A DNA stretch of 54,224 bases from Bacteroidota bacterium (GTDB lineage Bacteria > Bacteroidota > Bacteroidia > UKL13-3). Shown here piece by piece: positions 1-9,595 of this stretch (position 1 is the first letter of the stretch; every line of letters begins with the position of its first letter). The notes beneath the pieces were generated by a model, which made no database searches, was not told where the DNA came from, and saw only the letters and a list, made by a program, of their open reading frames with translations. The stretch is taken from contig CANHDN010000003.1 in the NCBI GenBank assembly GCA_947459415.1, positions 1 to 54,224 of the forward strand, read 5' to 3'. The translations under genes and the position numbers were made by a program.

Positions 1-1717
1 CTGGTGTTCCAAAACAATTGAATGTATCGCGAATAGATACTTCTACCGGAGAAGCTACCAACACTGAATCCCATATATTATCGTTCGGACAACCATTGGG
101 TGCCGGAGGAGCAGTGGTGGTTAATTGCAAGCGAATGCGATGCCAACCAGCTTGGGTAAATTTATGATTATTAACTGTAGCCCCATTAAATTGAGTATAT
201 GTGTTAGAATTTGGCGAATTTTCAATTAAAAATTTAGTATAGGCCGGATTAACAGGAACAACATTCGTTTGAGTATATGAAAAATCATAGAAACCACAGT
301 TTTTATTTACTTTTTGTATGGTAGCCGTTGGAACTCTTCTAACCAAAATACTAAATGAACGGGTAGTTCGAGCTGGGATAGGACAAGCCCTATCTTTTAC
401 TGTAACAACAAAATAATAAGGTAAGTTACTTGCCATTTCAGGACCAGGTGTCCAACAAAAACGCATACTATCATACTTTGGGCCAAGCATGGCTCTTTGA
501 GCCGGATTATAAGCCTTCACAAAGGTAGCACCTTTGCTCACTAGCAAAGTAGGTGCATTCCAGGTCATGTCGGTTGAATCCCAACCAGCAGTATTATCCC
601 AACCAGAAACAATAAAACACAATTGTTGACCAGCACAAATAGAGTAACCAAAATTAGGCTGCGGTGTGGTTAATGTACCATCTGTGTTAAAAGTTCTAAG
701 CACCGGAGGATTATTAGATGGACAAACTTTACTGTAAAACTGAATATCTCGCCGCGTAATACCCATTAACGTGGGAACACCTCCTACCATTTTCCATTGT
801 CGTACTTCAATAATTAGATTAGCAACAAAGTTCCCCATAGGTCTGAACCTAATATCGCCTGTTACCGCATCGATATTAATACCAATAGGTGGAACTGCAG
901 GTGGTGATTGAATAGGAGCGCCTAAATAAGGCAATGGAACATTAGGACTATAAGGCGAAACATATGGAGCCTGAGCACCCGCACTTACAAGTGATTGACC
1001 AAAAGCATAACTTAATGAATCTCCATCAGGGTCAATAGCACCTAAGTTATAGGTAAAATCTTGCCCGGCACAGGTAACGGCAACTGGGTCATTGGTAAAT
1101 GTTGGAGAAGAATTACATGGAGTAGCACAACGATTAATAACAGCCTCAGTATAAAACCCTAAAGAAGACGGATTAGCCAGGGTTGTAATTGCATTATTTC
1201 TGCAGCAGGTGCTAAATCCTACACTAACCAAACAACAACTAGCAGGTATTGATGCTAAACTAACAGTACCTTCAAAAGTGTATACTTCAATACCTGGTGT
1301 AAAGGTCCCAGGGGTACGAGAGCCACAATTATTGCAAATAGTTTTCTCTTGAGCACATAATTGCACCACATCAAAACCACTCACTGCAGTTACAACGGCT
1401 AAACTAGATGTTCCAAAAGCAACACCCGTGCAAGGACTTGGAGGTAATCCAGAACCAGATGGTACCGCCGTACCTCTTAAAGAAACGGAGAGTTGGCAAG
1501 AAGGACTTAAACTTGTTGGGCAATTCGGACACATGGGAATTCCTTGACAATCTCGGTAAATTTTAAACATTACCTGATAAACACCAGGTGTAGTTGTACA
1601 AGCATATGAAACATCAGAGCCTACCACATGATCTGCTTTTACTTGACTAGATTGCACAAGCAAAAAAAGCAATACAATTAGGCTTAGCAAATTGGCAGAA
1701 GATAAACGAAAAGGCAT
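1..1717 (-). CDS. Cysteine-rich secreted protein, N-terminal 572 codons only (3' end runs off the window); probably a large Bacteroidota surface/T9SS cargo protein
   Basis: This ORF is absent from the supplied track because it has no stop inside the window. My own reverse-strand translation from ATG 1717..1715 gives MPFRLSSANLLSLIVLLFLLVQSSQVKADHVVGSDVSYACTTTPGVYQVMFKIYRDCQGIPMCPNCPTSLSPSCQLSVSLRG... In a quick by-eye translation the frame stays open to base 2 (...VASPVEVSIRDTFNCFGTP); I checked both ends codon by codon. It has a signal peptide followed by a Cys-rich mature part. Confidence 0.75.
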   Translation of the reverse strand, partial: MPFRLSSANLLSLIVLLFLLVQSSQVKADHVVGSDVSYACTTTPGVYQVMFKIYRDCQGIPMCPNCPTSLSPSCQLSVSLRGTAVPSGSGLPPSPCTGVAFGTSSLAVVTAVSGFDVVQLCAQEKTICNNCGSRTPGTFTPGIEVYTFEGTVSLASIPASCCLVSVGFSTCCRNNAITTLANPSSLGFYTEAVINRCATPCNSSPTFTNDPVAVTCAGQDFTYNLGAIDPDGDSLSYAFGQSLVSAGAQAPYVSPYSPNVPLPYLGAPIQSPPAVPPIGINIDAVTGDIRFRPMGNFVANLIIEVRQWKMVGGVPTLMGITRRDIQFYSKVCPSNNPPVLRTFNTDGTLTTPQPNFGYSICAGQQLCFIVSGWDNTAGWDSTDMTWNAPTLLVSKGATFVKAYNPAQRAMLGPKYDSMRFCWTPGPEMASNLPYYFVVTVKDRACPIPARTTRSFSILVRRVPTATIQKVNKNCGFYDFSYTQTNVVPVNPAYTKFLIENSPNSNTYTQFNGATVNNHKFTQAGWHRIRLQLTTTAPPAPNGCPNDNIWDSVLVASPVEVSIRDTFNCFGTP

Positions 1718-1847
1718 ACGCTAAAATTAATAGGTCAAAGTTACTACGAGTATATTAAAGATTTTCTTAATATTGAATATTTAATAAATTTATTAGATAT
1801 TGTAGCTATTTTTTCATCCGATAAATTAAGAAATAAAAATGTACCAG

Positions 1848-1855
1848 TATCTTTG
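1848..1855 (+). promoter_or_regulatory. Bacteroidota -7 promoter element TAtcTTTG upstream of lysC
   Basis: TATCTTTG matches the TAnnTTTG -7 consensus of the Bacteroidota primary sigma factor. It lies 20 nt upstream of the lysC ATG (1875). Confidence 0.35.
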
Positions 1856-1874
1856 CAACTTAAGTTAGTTAAAA

Positions 1875-3131
1875 ATGAGAGTATTTAAATTTGGAGGAGC
1901 ATCGGTTAAAAATGCTGAAGCTGTAAAAAATGTAGGAAATGTTTTAAAAGTATTTGGAGGCGAAGAGGTATTGGTTGTGGTAAGTGCCATGGGGAAAACA
2001 ACTAATTCTCTTGAATTGCTTGCACAAGCCTATTTTAAAAATGACCCTTCAAAGTATACTTTGTTCAAAGAAGTGAAGAAAATTCATGATGAAATTATAA
2101 GTGGACTATTGATTACTAAGGAAAGTCAAACATATACAGACATTGAAAACTTGTTTATTGAATTAGATTGTGAATTAGAAAATGTAGCAGATTCAAATTT
2201 TGATAAGGTATATGATCAGATTGTAAGTTATGGTGAATTGTTTTCATCTAAAATATTAAGTGCTTATTTAAACGAATCTGGCATAAAAAACAGATGGATG
2301 GATGCCCAAAATTTTATTTCTACTGATAATACCTATAGAGAAGGAAAAATAGACTGGGAATACACACAATTACTAATTTCAAAAAAATTAAAGCCCATCG
2401 TAAAAAAACAAATGGTAGTAACACAAGGCTTTATAGGTAAAAATAAAGATAATTTCACTGTTACATTGGGCAGGGAAGGTTCGGATTATTCTGCAGCAAT
2501 ATTTGCATTTGGTTTAGATGCAGAGCAAGTTACGATTTGGAAGGATGTTGCTGGTGTAATGAATGCAGATCCTAAAAAACATGAAGATGCTATTAAAATT
2601 GATGCGATAAGTTACCCAAGTGCTATAGAGATGGCATATTATGGAGCCACAGTGATCCATCCAAAAACAATTCAACCATTACAAAGTAAAAAAATCCCAT
2701 TATTTGTAAAATCATTCCTTGATCCAACAGCTGATGGAACAATAGTAGGTATTGAAAAGGATGCAGAAAATTTACCACCAACCATCATTTCTAAATCAAA
2801 TCAGGCTTTAATTTCAATTAGTAGCAAAGATTTTTCATTTATTGTAGAGGATAATTTAAGTAATATTTTTACGGTATTTGCAGCATTAAAAGTTAAAATA
2901 AATCTAATGCAAAATTCTGCCATTAGCTTTATTGTATGCTTAGATAACGAAACGCATAAAATTGATAAGTTACTTAAAAATTTAGGTAATGCTTATAACC
3001 TTAGCATAAAAGAAGGACTTGAGCTCTTAACTATAAGTAATTATACCGAAAATAGTTTGAAAAAATTATTAGATGGAAAACATATTTTAATAGAACAAAA
3101 AACAGAAAAAAACATCCAGGTCGTTGTATAA
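1875..3131 (+). CDS. lysC: Aspartate kinase (monofunctional)
   Basis: The N-terminus MRVFKFGGASVKNAEAVKNV carries the aspartokinase KFGG(T/A)S motif. GREGSDYSAAIFA and VIHPKTIQP are also present, and the C-terminal part is ACT-like. Confidence 0.9.
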   Translation: MRVFKFGGASVKNAEAVKNVGNVLKVFGGEEVLVVVSAMGKTTNSLELLAQAYFKNDPSKYTLFKEVKKIHDEIISGLLITKESQTYTDIENLFIELDCELENVADSNFDKVYDQIVSYGELFSSKILSAYLNESGIKNRWMDAQNFISTDNTYREGKIDWEYTQLLISKKLKPIVKKQMVVTQGFIGKNKDNFTVTLGREGSDYSAAIFAFGLDAEQVTIWKDVAGVMNADPKKHEDAIKIDAISYPSAIEMAYYGATVIHPKTIQPLQSKKIPLFVKSFLDPTADGTIVGIEKDAENLPPTIISKSNQALISISSKDFSFIVEDNLSNIFTVFAALKVKINLMQNSAISFIVCLDNETHKIDKLLKNLGNAYNLSIKEGLELLTISNYTENSLKKLLDGKHILIEQKTEKNIQVVV

Positions 3132-3135
3132 CAAA

Positions 3136-5106
3136 TTACATCCTGGTATTAGGCAATACGATGGATATTTTAGCCCCTTCTCCCTCCTTACTCTCAATCC
3201 AGATTTTACCACCGCTGTTATCTACATATTCTTTACAAAGAAGAAGGCCCAAACCGGTTCCGCGCTCGTTTTTAGTCCCATAGGTTGAATAATGATCTGT
3301 AGCAGAAAAAACTTTACTCATCGCATCTTGACTCATGCCAATTCCACTATCAATGAACTCAATGATGGTAAATTCTGTATTAAAATGTGTCGCTTTAATT
3401 TCAATCTCACCACCCTCATTAGAATATTTAATAGCATTACTAAGCAAATTTCTAAATAATAAATTCAAATGATGCTTATCAATATATACAGCATATCGAT
3501 GAGAATGATTATATTTTAACGTTAGCTTCTTCTCTCCCAACTGAATTTTAAACAAATCCATCATTTCTTGGATAGGTTTTCGAATATCAATCAATTCTGG
3601 CTCACTTTTTACGCCATTTAACTGGCTTCTTGACCATTGAAGCAGATTTTCTAATGTTAAATTTAAAGTATCAACATTTTTACTAATATTACTTAGTGAT
3701 TTTTTTAGCTCTTCAAATGTTAAATCGTCCTCTGAAACCCAAACTAATACCGTACTTAAAGACTTAATTGGCGCCCTTAAATCATGTGCTATAATTGAAA
3801 AAACCTTATCTTTAATTTGGTTACTTTGTTTTAAATCAATAGCATATTTATTTAATTCTGAAGTTCGTTCCTCAATAATAGCTAATTGGTTTTTATTTGT
3901 GTCTTTTAATTCATTCGATAGTTGTTCCACTTTTTCAAATGAAATGTTAAACATTTTTGTAATGACCATCGCTTGTATGATCGCATATATTAAAATGCCA
4001 AGCGGCATTGCATAGAAAGTTTTAATCAAGCCTTGACTATGCAGAATATCATTTACACCTGTAAATACTACTAATAAACAAGCAATACCAACCTGCAAGC
4101 TAAATGGTCGCTTAACAAGATTAACTTTTACAACCAAATTAATGATGTAAGCTAATAAAAATATACAGTAAAGTAAATAATATGGTATGATAAAGCTGGC
4201 ATAGTAAACAGGTAAACTTAAGAAACAAAAGGCTGAAAATATTTGAATTAGCTGCAAGGAGGAAAAAACTTTTGGATTAAAATCTCTAGGAAAAAGGCAT
4301 CTTAAATACAATAAGCCAAAAACCATCACCATGGTTAAAGATATATATTCTATTTTTACAATAAGTTCCCAAGGTATACCAAGTTCAAGTTGGCGTAATA
4401 AAACCTCTCCTGTTGAACCAATCCTAAGTGCGGCAAAAAGGCACATTAAGGCAAAATATAAAGAAGTTTTATCTTCTGTTTTGGTATAATAAAATGTAAT
4501 AAAAAATGAGAATAACAAAAATAATGAGCCAATTAAAAAGGCTTCAACTGCCGTATTTCGTTTGTCTAAAGTCTCCATAGGTTCAGACAATCCAATAATT
4601 GGTGTGAACCATAATCCACCATTTCTATAATTAAAATTTGCAACTTCAATTGCAATTTCAATGGTATCCTTTTCAGCATCAAAACTTACCAAATATGGAT
4701 AAAAATCTGGTTTGGCCTTACCTGCATCAACATGATAATTACCAATTTTACGTATTAAATGACCGTTTACATATAAATTATGAGAACAGGCAACCGTATA
4801 CATTTTTAGCATTAAATGAGACGCAACAGGAATTTTGGGTAAAAATTTAAAAACATATGTACCGTATCCTGTATTGGGAAAAGCATGATCAGCCCAATTT
4901 CCTGGAACATTAATTTGTATGCTATTTGGTTTAGTTTGGTGATTAATATCCTGATAGCTTGAACCATAATAGAACTCCCAATCATGGTTGTTTAGTTGAA
5001 TGATTGAATTTTTATTAAAATCAATAATAGGTAGGCTTACAGCAGTTTTTACAACAGCTATCAATAGCAAGAAGATGAGGATAAACTTATATACTCTTGT
5101 TCCCAA
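3136..5106 (-). CDS. Sensor histidine kinase with 7TMR-DISM extracellular and 7-TM domains (orphan, TTG start)
   Basis: There is an N-terminal signal/TM segment, a periplasmic region (NHDWEFYYG...INVPGNWADH) typical of 7TMR-DISMED2, and about 7 hydrophobic helices. The H-box is FSIIAHDLRAPIKS. The HATPase_c motifs are NLLSNAIKYS, DSGIGM and GTGLGLLLCKE. Confidence 0.85.
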   Translation of the reverse strand: MGTRVYKFILIFLLLIAVVKTAVSLPIIDFNKNSIIQLNNHDWEFYYGSSYQDINHQTKPNSIQINVPGNWADHAFPNTGYGTYVFKFLPKIPVASHLMLKMYTVACSHNLYVNGHLIRKIGNYHVDAGKAKPDFYPYLVSFDAEKDTIEIAIEVANFNYRNGGLWFTPIIGLSEPMETLDKRNTAVEAFLIGSLFLLFSFFITFYYTKTEDKTSLYFALMCLFAALRIGSTGEVLLRQLELGIPWELIVKIEYISLTMVMVFGLLYLRCLFPRDFNPKVFSSLQLIQIFSAFCFLSLPVYYASFIIPYYLLYCIFLLAYIINLVVKVNLVKRPFSLQVGIACLLVVFTGVNDILHSQGLIKTFYAMPLGILIYAIIQAMVITKMFNISFEKVEQLSNELKDTNKNQLAIIEERTSELNKYAIDLKQSNQIKDKVFSIIAHDLRAPIKSLSTVLVWVSEDDLTFEELKKSLSNISKNVDTLNLTLENLLQWSRSQLNGVKSEPELIDIRKPIQEMMDLFKIQLGEKKLTLKYNHSHRYAVYIDKHHLNLLFRNLLSNAIKYSNEGGEIEIKATHFNTEFTIIEFIDSGIGMSQDAMSKVFSATDHYSTYGTKNERGTGLGLLLCKEYVDNSGGKIWIESKEGEGAKISIVLPNTRM

Positions 5107-5179
5107 AGTGGCTTTAAATTTAAAAGTGCAATTAAATCAAAATAACTAATAATTTGGGTATTTTTTATTTCTTCGTAGC

Positions 5180-5962
5180 GTGAACAAAATATTTCTTACA
5201 GACATCAAAAAAACATTAGGTAGTTTGATCCCAGTGGATTTTAATTTGATAGAAATTAATTCATATGTCTTATTTATTAAACAAGCAGAAATTTATTTAA
5301 TACTACACCCCTATTATCTAGATCAAAAACAATTAGACATAACATCTTTTGATCAGCAAAAAAAGTGTATTCATATATACCAAGATCAATGGTTTAATCA
5401 AAAAGATATAATAGTAAGTAGAATAAAAAATTTATTGGGATTAAGTCAGAAAATAGCTGCAAGATTATGTACCTTCGAGAAAATCACTAAACCTAATGCT
5501 GCAAGTTTCTTTGCAGAAAATCATCTATTAGGACCTTGTCATGTGAGTAATAATTATGGATTAGTGTATAAAGGAAATCTTGTTTTAGTTGCATCTTTCA
5601 GCAAATCTAGGGTAATGATAGATGGGCAAGTTTATTATAGATCTTATGAGTTAGTTAGATTAGCTAGTTTAAAAAATTTCATTGTAGTGGGGGGCATGCA
5701 TAAAATTTTACAAAATTTCATTAAACTTAAGAATGTAGTGCACCTAATGACTTATATAGATCTTAACTTTGGTGATGGAAAAAGCTTTGAAAAATTTGGA
5801 TTCAAAAAGATAGGATCGGCCCAGTTACAGGGATTCTATTTAAATCCGATCAAACAGGAACGAATCACAGTAAAAAACTACCAACTTATTGATACATTAA
5901 AAACAGAACTTATTCATATAGAAGAATATAGTACACAAAAAATGATTTTAGACCTCAGATGA
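5180..5962 (+). CDS. Hypothetical protein, possible GNAT-like acyltransferase fold (GTG start)
   Basis: This 260-aa ORF has a stop that overlaps the miaA start (ATGA at 5959..5962). The C-terminal half has a GNAT-like pattern: NHLLG...YGLVYKGNLVLVASF...YELVRLAS...VVGGMHKIL...YIDLNFGDGKSFEKFGF. The function is inferred only. Confidence 0.55.
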   Translation: MNKIFLTDIKKTLGSLIPVDFNLIEINSYVLFIKQAEIYLILHPYYLDQKQLDITSFDQQKKCIHIYQDQWFNQKDIIVSRIKNLLGLSQKIAARLCTFEKITKPNAASFFAENHLLGPCHVSNNYGLVYKGNLVLVASFSKSRVMIDGQVYYRSYELVRLASLKNFIVVGGMHKILQNFIKLKNVVHLMTYIDLNFGDGKSFEKFGFKKIGSAQLQGFYLNPIKQERITVKNYQLIDTLKTELIHIEEYSTQKMILDLR

Positions 5963-6879
5963 AAAATTTTGATTCAATAGTAATTTTGGGTCCAACAGCC
6001 AGTGGAAAAACTAAATTAGCTGTACAATTAGCTGGTAGATTAAATAGTGAAATTATTAGTATTGATTCGCGCATGGTTTATAAACATCTCAATATTGGTA
6101 CAGGAAAAGATTTAGGAGATTATTTTTTCAATAATATGCCTATTCCCTATCATTTAATAGATGTTTGCGAGCCAGAAGACAATTATCACATTTACCAGTT
6201 TCAGCAAGATTTTAAAATTGCCAAAAACGAACTAATTAATAAAGGTAAATTACCCATTTTATGTGGAGGAAGCGGCATGTATTTAGAGGCAGTAATCAAA
6301 GATTACACGTATACAGGAATACCTGGAAACCCCCATTTACAATGTCTACTTGAAACATTTACTTTAACAGAACTACAAGAAAAATTTGAACAATTACCAC
6401 ATCATTATTTTAAGGATACTGCAGATTTAGGTAGTAAAAAAAGAGCTATACGTGCCTTAATAATTCTGAATTATCTGATTGAAAACCCTAGTTTTTATAT
6501 CCCAGAATCAATTCCTTTATGCCCATTAATATTGGGATTAAATCCATCCATTACCGATAGAAAAAACAAAATTATTAACCGATTAAAACAACGCATAGAA
6601 ACTGGACTCATTGAGGAAGTTGACTCTTTGTTAAAAGCTGGAATTAGTGCGGAAAAATTGATCTCATTAGGCTTGGAATATAAATTTATTACCAAATATA
6701 TTACAGGCGAAATAGATAAAGAAAACATGATAGAACTCCTGCAAATCGCCATACAACAATTTGCTAAAAGACAAATGACTTATTTTAGAAAAATGGAGAA
6801 ATCTGGTTTAAAAATACATTGGCTAACAGAAGAAAATCATGCATTTGAAATATTAAAACAACATAATTTGGGGCTGTAA
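5959..6879 (+). CDS. miaA: tRNA dimethylallyltransferase
   Basis: The P-loop is ILGPTASGKTKLAVQLA. SIDSRMVYKHLNIGTGK and GGSGMYLEAV are present, matching the typical MiaA layout and length. Confidence 0.92.
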   Translation: MKNFDSIVILGPTASGKTKLAVQLAGRLNSEIISIDSRMVYKHLNIGTGKDLGDYFFNNMPIPYHLIDVCEPEDNYHIYQFQQDFKIAKNELINKGKLPILCGGSGMYLEAVIKDYTYTGIPGNPHLQCLLETFTLTELQEKFEQLPHHYFKDTADLGSKKRAIRALIILNYLIENPSFYIPESIPLCPLILGLNPSITDRKNKIINRLKQRIETGLIEEVDSLLKAGISAEKLISLGLEYKFITKYITGEIDKENMIELLQIAIQQFAKRQMTYFRKMEKSGLKIHWLTEENHAFEILKQHNLGL

Positions 6880-6920
6880 ATAGAATTAATTTTATACCTC
6901 CAATTTCTCAAAAAAAACAT

Positions 6921-6928
6921 TACTTTTG
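6921..6928 (+). promoter_or_regulatory. Bacteroidota -7 promoter element TActTTTG
   Basis: TACTTTTG lies 18 nt upstream of the ATG at 6946. Confidence 0.3.
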
Positions 6929-6945
6929 AATTAAATAATATAACT

Positions 6946-7674
6946 ATGAAAAAAATTTACTTCAGTTTAATTGCACTTTCATTAAGTTTTGCCGCTCTTG
7001 CACAATGTACTCCAGACCCAACTGTTACTAAACCTGGTATTTCTCCAGCTAAATTGCCTGATGGAATTGTTGGGGAAGCATATTCTCAGGTGGTAACATT
7101 AATAGTTCCCTTAGATTCAACCATCCTTTACCAAGGTACACCCTATAATGTGAGAATAGATTCAGCAACCGTTGTATCAATTGGTGATTTGCCAACAGGT
7201 TTTGGATATGAGGCCAATAAAGCTTCTAGAACCTGGAATGGAGGTGAAAAGGGATGTGCACGATTATTTGGAAATCCAATAGCAAGCAGTGTTGGTTTTT
7301 ATGAGGTATCAGTTAAAGTAAGAACATTTTTTAAAATTGTAGGACTTCCTAACCAATTAGATCAATTAGATTCAAGTAAAATAGATTTTAGGGTAGTTAT
7401 GGGAAATTCAATGAATGAACTAAATCATGCGCAAAGACTAATTTCTTACCCTAATCCTGTAAAAGAAGAACTCAACATAGAAATGCCTCAATATACTCAA
7501 TCTGCTCAATTTAGCATATACAACATGATGGGACAAAATATGGAAATAACTCCTAGCTTTTCTAGTTTAACTGGTGAAATAAAATTTAATACTAGCATAT
7601 TGCCTTCCGGCATGTATTTGGTTTACGGTAAAAATAATGGTAAAAATTACCAAGTAAGATTTATCAAAGATTAA
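6946..7674 (+). CDS. Secreted protein with T9SS C-terminal sorting domain
   Basis: It has a signal peptide (MKKIYFSLIALSLSFAALAQ). The C-terminal ~80 aa (LISYPNPVKEELNIEMP...GMYLVYGKNNGKNYQVRFIKD) match the T9SS type A CTD pattern. Confidence 0.75.
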   Translation: MKKIYFSLIALSLSFAALAQCTPDPTVTKPGISPAKLPDGIVGEAYSQVVTLIVPLDSTILYQGTPYNVRIDSATVVSIGDLPTGFGYEANKASRTWNGGEKGCARLFGNPIASSVGFYEVSVKVRTFFKIVGLPNQLDQLDSSKIDFRVVMGNSMNELNHAQRLISYPNPVKEELNIEMPQYTQSAQFSIYNMMGQNMEITPSFSSLTGEIKFNTSILPSGMYLVYGKNNGKNYQVRFIKD

Positions 7675-7684
7675 ATCAAATTTT

Positions 7685-7731
7685 GGTACATAGTAATTGC
7701 TAAGACCTAGTAATTACTATGTACCTTTTTT
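7685..7731 (+). terminator. Rho-independent terminator (14-bp perfect stem, T6 tail) for the 6946..7674 gene
   Basis: GGTACATAGTAATT (7685..7698) pairs with AATTACTATGTACC (7712..7725) across a 13-nt loop, followed by TTTTTT (7726..7731). Confidence 0.7.
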
Positions 7732-9545
7732 ACTCCCAGCCATAAGGAGTTTCCTATCACAATGATATCACTGAAGGCCATGGACAAGGCACCTAACATT
7801 GGATGCATAAAACCTGCTGCCGCTAAGGGAATGCAGAGAATATTATAAAAGAAAGCCCAAAATAAATTTTGCTTGATGGTTTTATACGTTTGTTTACTAA
7901 TCATGTGAGCATCCTGTAAGCTTCGTAAATCATTTCTCATTAATACCAAATTTGCAGCTTGTATGGCAATATCACTCCCTTTTACAAAAGAAATACCTAC
8001 TGATACTTTGCTCAAAGCTGGCGCATCATTCACACCATCTCCTACCATGATTATCCGTTCATGTTGCTGCCAATTATTGATTAAATCTAGTTTCTCTTGT
8101 GGTAATTGATGGGCATAAGATTGCCTAATTTGTAATTCCTCTGCCAAGGCCTTAACCTTTTTTTCATTGTCTCCACTCACAATGATACTTTCAATATGTT
8201 GACTTTTTAAATAACTTATCAATTCTTTAGCTCCGGGTTTTAAATCATCTGCCAATGTTAAACCCGCGATTATTTGTCCATTTTTACTTAATAGAAGATC
8301 AGATTCATGCTCCGGAAAACCCATCCATTTGGCTGAACCAAATTGCCATGCGTTACCTCTATTATCAATTGCGCGGATGCCCAAACCCTTCTCCTCTATT
8401 ACATTTTCAAAGGTAAAATTATTATTGCACCAAGTATCATGTTGAGCTACTAAAGCTTTAGCAATTGGGTGAGAAGACTTTTGTTCAAGAGAATAGATTG
8501 CGTTTTTAGCCTCTAAGTCAACATTTGGTTCAGACCAAAATGATTTAAAGATAAAATCACCTGTGCTTAAGGTGCCCGTTTTATCAAATACAATCTTTTT
8601 ACTTTTTGCGAAATCTTCTAATACATGTCCGCCTTTAATTAGAATTCCTCGTTTTGCTGCCTTACCTATACCAACCATAACAGCAGTTGGGGTTGCTAAT
8701 CCCATAGCACAAGGACAAGATATAACCAACACAGCTACAGCTCGCAACATGCTTTGAGCTGATCCTATCTCTAGATATAAATAAGAAAATAAAAAGGTAA
8801 CAATAGCAATTAAAACGACAGTAGGAACAAAAATAGCACTGATTTGATCACCCAATTTTTGAATAGCTGGCTTATTTGTTTGAGCTTTTTTTACCATTTC
8901 AATGATCTGAGACAATACTGTATCCTTTAAATGCGTATTTACCATCACTTGCAGATTCCCGCTAACAAGTAATGTTCCACCCGTTACTGCCTGCTCAACT
9001 TTTTTATGGACAGGCAGACTTTCCCCTGTAATTAAACTCTCGTCGCAATCGGCTTCACCACTCACCACCACTGCATCTATAGGTACAAGATCGCCAGAAT
9101 TCACCTGTAATAAATCACCTTTTTTGAGTTGGCTAACTGCTATTTCTTTCATGAGCAATTTGCCATTTTCTTCAATCATTAATTTGGCCGTTTGAACTTG
9201 TAAATTTGATAAACTTTGAATGGCATTTGTGGTTTTTTTAACTGAACGTTTTTCTAGTAAATTCCCAAACAAAACAAGCGTAATAATGCTAGCTCCCGTT
9301 TCATAAAACAAATACTTATGGACCTCATGTGAATCTTGATAATAAAATGTTCCAAAAACACTATAAAACAGGGATGAACCTGCACCCATAAAAATAAGCA
9401 CATCCATATTAGGGACTCCAGATTTCAAACTATTCACTGCTGATTTTCCAAAAAACCATAATCCCAAACCATATACTGGAATGGATAAGAATAATTGAAT
9501 AAATGGATTGTGAAGTGGTGCCCATGAAAAGAACATGTGCAGCAT
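7707..9545 (-). CDS. copA: Copper-translocating P1B-type ATPase, membrane/catalytic core lacking its N-terminal metal-binding domain (see frameshift finding)
   Basis: Motifs present are TGES, CPC (VISCPCAMGLATP), DKTGTLS and GDGVNDAPAL. The TM7 YN motif (FFYNILCIPLAAAG) and the TM8 motif MAFSD indicate the Cu(I) subtype. The frame stays open upstream of the annotated ATG, through the A10 tract. Confidence 0.9.
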   Translation of the reverse strand: MLHMFFSWAPLHNPFIQLFLSIPVYGLGLWFFGKSAVNSLKSGVPNMDVLIFMGAGSSLFYSVFGTFYYQDSHEVHKYLFYETGASIITLVLFGNLLEKRSVKKTTNAIQSLSNLQVQTAKLMIEENGKLLMKEIAVSQLKKGDLLQVNSGDLVPIDAVVVSGEADCDESLITGESLPVHKKVEQAVTGGTLLVSGNLQVMVNTHLKDTVLSQIIEMVKKAQTNKPAIQKLGDQISAIFVPTVVLIAIVTFLFSYLYLEIGSAQSMLRAVAVLVISCPCAMGLATPTAVMVGIGKAAKRGILIKGGHVLEDFAKSKKIVFDKTGTLSTGDFIFKSFWSEPNVDLEAKNAIYSLEQKSSHPIAKALVAQHDTWCNNNFTFENVIEEKGLGIRAIDNRGNAWQFGSAKWMGFPEHESDLLLSKNGQIIAGLTLADDLKPGAKELISYLKSQHIESIIVSGDNEKKVKALAEELQIRQSYAHQLPQEKLDLINNWQQHERIIMVGDGVNDAPALSKVSVGISFVKGSDIAIQAANLVLMRNDLRSLQDAHMISKQTYKTIKQNLFWAFFYNILCIPLAAAGFMHPMLGALSMAFSDIIVIGNSLWLGVKKVHSNY

Positions 9546-9595
9546 TAAAGGAATGGTGAATATTAAGCTAAAAATTAACTTAGATTCAAGACTAT

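Noticed and set aside
1718-1874. A possible lysine (L-box) riboswitch upstream of lysC.
   Set aside because: The 157-bp spacer is almost pure A/T. It has no G-rich conserved L-box core or multi-stem junction that I can fold, and a -7 promoter motif sits only 20 nt from the ATG.
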